This document shows positions 13,278 through 16,072 of a stretch of 16,072 nucleotides of DNA, one piece after another (the first letter of the stretch is position 1; every line of letters begins with the position of its first letter). The stretch is from Myxococcota bacterium (GTDB lineage Bacteria > Myxococcota > XYA12-FULL-58-9 > JALHOP01). The notes under the pieces are model-generated. The model had not been told where the DNA came from and did no database searches. It was given only the letters and a program-made list of their open reading frames with translations. Location: the NCBI GenBank assembly GCA_041288095.1, contig JBGGMJ010000170.1, positions 1 through 16,072 of the forward strand, read 5' to 3'. The position numbers and the translations under genes are program-made.

Positions 13278-16072
13278 GTGTCGGTCGCAGCGCGTCTACT
13301 AGCCGGAGCCCGCATTGCGCTCGAGGACCTGCCTCCCGCCGGGCTCGCCTACGAGCTCGCGCGTGATCCTCCGTCGACGCCGCTGCTCATCGTCTGCGCC
13401 GACGACGACCGCGCCGAGCGTGTGACCCTCGACCTACGCGCCTTCGGCGTGAAGAGCGTCGCGCAGTTTCCCGGAGAGCCGCACACGCCGTTCGAGGACA
13501 TCTCGCCGGATCCCGCGGCCACCTTCTTGCGCATGGCGGTGCGTCACCGCTTGCTCTCGGGTGACCGGCCGCAGGTCATCGTCGCGTCCGCCGCGGCGGT
13601 TCAGGGGCGCTGGATGCCGGAGGAAGCGTTCGCCTCCGCGTCGCAGACCGTCCGCGTCGACGAGATGCTCGACCGTGATGCGCTCGCGCGACGGTTCGTC
13701 GCCTGTGGTTACCAACGCGTCAACATGGTGGAGGATGAAGGCACATTCGCGGTGCGCGGCGGCATCGTCGACATCTTCCCGCCCGGCGAGACCCGGCCAG
13801 TGCGCCTCGATTTCCTCGGCGACGAGATCACCTCGATCAAGACCTTCGACCCAGAGTCGCAGCGCACCTTCGACTCGCTCGCGCGGCTCACGGTCCATCC
13901 CATCCGTGACGTGGTCTACGATGACGCCACGGTCGAGCACGCCACCGCGCGTTTACGCGCTCTCGGCGATCAACATCAGCTGCCGACGCGCCGCGTCCGC
14001 GCCACCATCGACGACGTCAATCAGCGCACTTACTTCTACGGCATCGAGTCGATCTGGCCGGCGTTCTATCCGAGCAGTGAGCGTTGCTACGACGCCTTGA
14101 AGGCCGGCGCCGTCGTCGTGCTCGATGGTCCGGACGGCATCGAAGAGACGCTGGGCGCGCGCTCCGAGCACGCCATCCGCGATCGCGACCGCGCCATCGA
14201 GCGTCATCGGTTCGCGCTCGGCCTCGAGGACCACCTGGTCGCCGCGGACGTGCTCGCGGCCGAGCTGCACGCCGACGCGCGCGTGGTGGCACTGCGGTTG
14301 GTGCTCGACAAGACCTTCGAGCGCCACGAAGCCGGGCTTTCGAGCTGGGATGCGCTGGCCCGCGAGATTGGGGCGCGTCGCGAAGACGCGAACCGTGGCG
14401 AGATCTTGGACCCGCTGGTCGCGGAGCTGAACCAGCTCGCCAATGACCGCTATAGCGTCTTCGTCGTGGCGCAGTCCCGCGGTCACGCCGAGCGCTTGCG
14501 CGAGCTGCTGCGCGCCCGCAAGGTCGACCTGCCGCTCCTCGAGTCGCTGCCGCCCGCCAAGGACATCGGCGGCCGCGCCAAGACACGCGTGGCCGTGTGC
14601 GTTGCGCCGCTGGGCACCGGCCTACGCGATGCCGCCCGTAAGGTCGCGATCCTCGCCGACACCGAGCTGCTCGGCGCCGAGCCGACGCGCCTGCGCAAGA
14701 AGCGGCGCAAGGCACCGCAGGGCCTGACGACGCTTCGCGATCTCACCGACGGCGACCTGGTGGTTCACGTCGACCACGGCATCGGCAAGTACTTGGGCTT
14801 GTCACGCCTCATCTTGAACGGCGTCGACGGCGACTACGTGCAGCTCGAGTACGAGGGCGGCGACAAGCTCTACGTTCCCACCTACCGTCTGAGCGTCTTG
14901 CAACGCTTTCGCGGCGAGAAGGGCAGCAAGCTCGACAAGCTCGGCGGCTCGCGCTGGGCGAAGGCGAAGCAGCGCGTCCGCGAAGCCGTGCTTGCGATGG
15001 CGCACGACCTGCTCGCGCTGCAGGCGAAGCGCGCCTCCGAGCCGGGCTTGAAGCTCCCCACGCCCGACGATCACTACCGCGCTTTCGAAGCGACCTTCCC
15101 CTACGAAGAGACGGCCGATCAGCAGAAAGCCATCGACGACGTCTTGGCCGATCTCACCCGCGGCCGCCCAATGGATCGCTTGATTTGCGGCGACGTCGGT
15201 TACGGCAAGACCGAAGTGGCCCTGCGCGGCACCGCCCTTGCCGTGTTCTCCGGTTACCAGGTCGCCGTCCTCGTGCCGACGACCGTTCTAGCGGAGCAGC
15301 ACGGCGAGCGCTTCAAGGAGCGCTTCGCGGGGCAGCCGGTGACCGTCGAAGTGCTGAGTCGCTTCCGCGGACCACGCGAGACCAAGGACCTCCTCGACAA
15401 GGTGCGCGAAGGCCGCGTCGACATCGTCATCGGCACGCACCGCCTGCTCTCCGACGACGTGCAGTTCAAGAAGCTCGGCCTCCTCGTGGTCGACGAGGAG
15501 CAGCGCTTCGGCGTCAAGCACAAGGAGCGCATCAAGCAGCTACGCTCGCAGGTGCACGTGCTCACGCTCTCGGCGACACCGATTCCCCGCACCATGCACA
15601 TGGCGATGGTCGGCTTGCGCGACCTCTCGCTCATCGCCACGCCACCCGCGGCCCGCGTTGCCATCCGCACCGAAGTGGCGCGCTTCGACGAAGAGCTCAT
15701 CGCCGAGGCCATCCGCCGCGAGATCACGCGCGGCGGCCAAACGTTCATCGTCCATAATCGCGTGCAGTCCATCGGCAAGATGGCCGACATCGTACGTACG
15801 CTGGTGCCCGAGGCCCGCGTCGTCGTGGCGCATGGTCAAATGCCCGCCGACGAGCTCGAGAAGATCATGGTCGACTTCGTGCACCGCGAGTCGAACGTCT
15901 TGGTGTGCACCGCCATCATCGAGAGCGGCATCGACATCCCCAGCGCCAACACCATGATCGTGAACCGCGCCGACACTTTTGGCCTGGCGCAGCTCTACCA
16001 GCTGCGTGGCCGCATCGGCCGCTCGCGTGAGCGCGCCTTCGCGTATTTGCTCTTGCCGCCCGGCGACAACCT
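13278..16072 (+). CDS. mfd: Transcription-repair coupling factor, 3' end outside the window
   Basis: Absent from the ORF track because there is no stop in the window. From GTG 13278 the same frame contains [57 protein letters not shown] (CarD/RID), [17 protein letters not shown] (Walker A), [23 protein letters not shown] and [16 protein letters not shown]. Confidence 0.97.
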   Translation, partial: MSVAARLLAGARIALEDLPPAGLAYELARDPPSTPLLIVCADDDRAERVTLDLRAFGVKSVAQFPGEPHTPFEDISPDPAATFLRMAVRHRLLSGDRPQVIVASAAAVQGRWMPEEAFASASQTVRVDEMLDRDALARRFVACGYQRVNMVEDEGTFAVRGGIVDIFPPGETRPVRLDFLGDEITSIKTFDPESQRTFDSLARLTVHPIRDVVYDDATVEHATARLRALGDQHQLPTRRVRATIDDVNQRTYFYGIESIWPAFYPSSERCYDALKAGAVVVLDGPDGIEETLGARSEHAIRDRDRAIERHRFALGLEDHLVAADVLAAELHADARVVALRLVLDKTFERHEAGLSSWDALAREIGARREDANRGEILDPLVAELNQLANDRYSVFVVAQSRGHAERLRELLRARKVDLPLLESLPPAKDIGGRAKTRVAVCVAPLGTGLRDAARKVAILADTELLGAEPTRLRKKRRKAPQGLTTLRDLTDGDLVVHVDHGIGKYLGLSRLILNGVDGDYVQLEYEGGDKLYVPTYRLSVLQRFRGEKGSKLDKLGGSRWAKAKQRVREAVLAMAHDLLALQAKRASEPGLKLPTPDDHYRAFEATFPYEETADQQKAIDDVLADLTRGRPMDRLICGDVGYGKTEVALRGTALAVFSGYQVAVLVPTTVLAEQHGERFKERFAGQPVTVEVLSRFRGPRETKDLLDKVREGRVDIVIGTHRLLSDDVQFKKLGLLVVDEEQRFGVKHKERIKQLRSQVHVLTLSATPIPRTMHMAMVGLRDLSLIATPPAARVAIRTEVARFDEELIAEAIRREITRGGQTFIVHNRVQSIGKMADIVRTLVPEARVVVAHGQMPADELEKIMVDFVHRESNVLVCTAIIESGIDIPSANTMIVNRADTFGLAQLYQLRGRIGRSRERAFAYLLLPPGDN

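Noticed and set aside
13278..16072. Apparent gene-poor or pseudogene region in the ORF track
   Set aside because: All Mfd motifs checked lie in one frame; the gene is missing from the track only because its stop is beyond the window.

Overview
GC-rich bacterial chromosomal window, most consistent with Myxococcota/Deltaproteobacteria (inferred from the Cys-rich lipoproteins and MopE-type motifs). Housekeeping genes form the backbone: 5'-truncated fabH, tyrS, an M16 peptidase, an OpgG/OpgD-family protein and a 3'-truncated mfd that is missing from the ORF track. Interleaved with them are many cell-envelope genes of unknown function: a 1171-aa Cys-rich lipoprotein with MopE-like motifs and a tandem array of a 47-aa 8-Cys repeat, a translationally coupled TPR lipoprotein, a convergent compact FadL/PorV-like outer-membrane barrel, a small secreted protein, a second Cys-rich lipoprotein and a PKD-like lipoprotein. 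No rRNA, tRNA, CRISPR array, transposase or integrase is visible. The best candidate for an undescribed system is the lipoprotein + TPR + barrel cluster at 1362-6236, whose functional linkage is inference only. Several exact inverted repeats suggest regulatory elements, notably an 11-bp stem covering the opg start codon. All family calls are from motif recognition; no searches were run.
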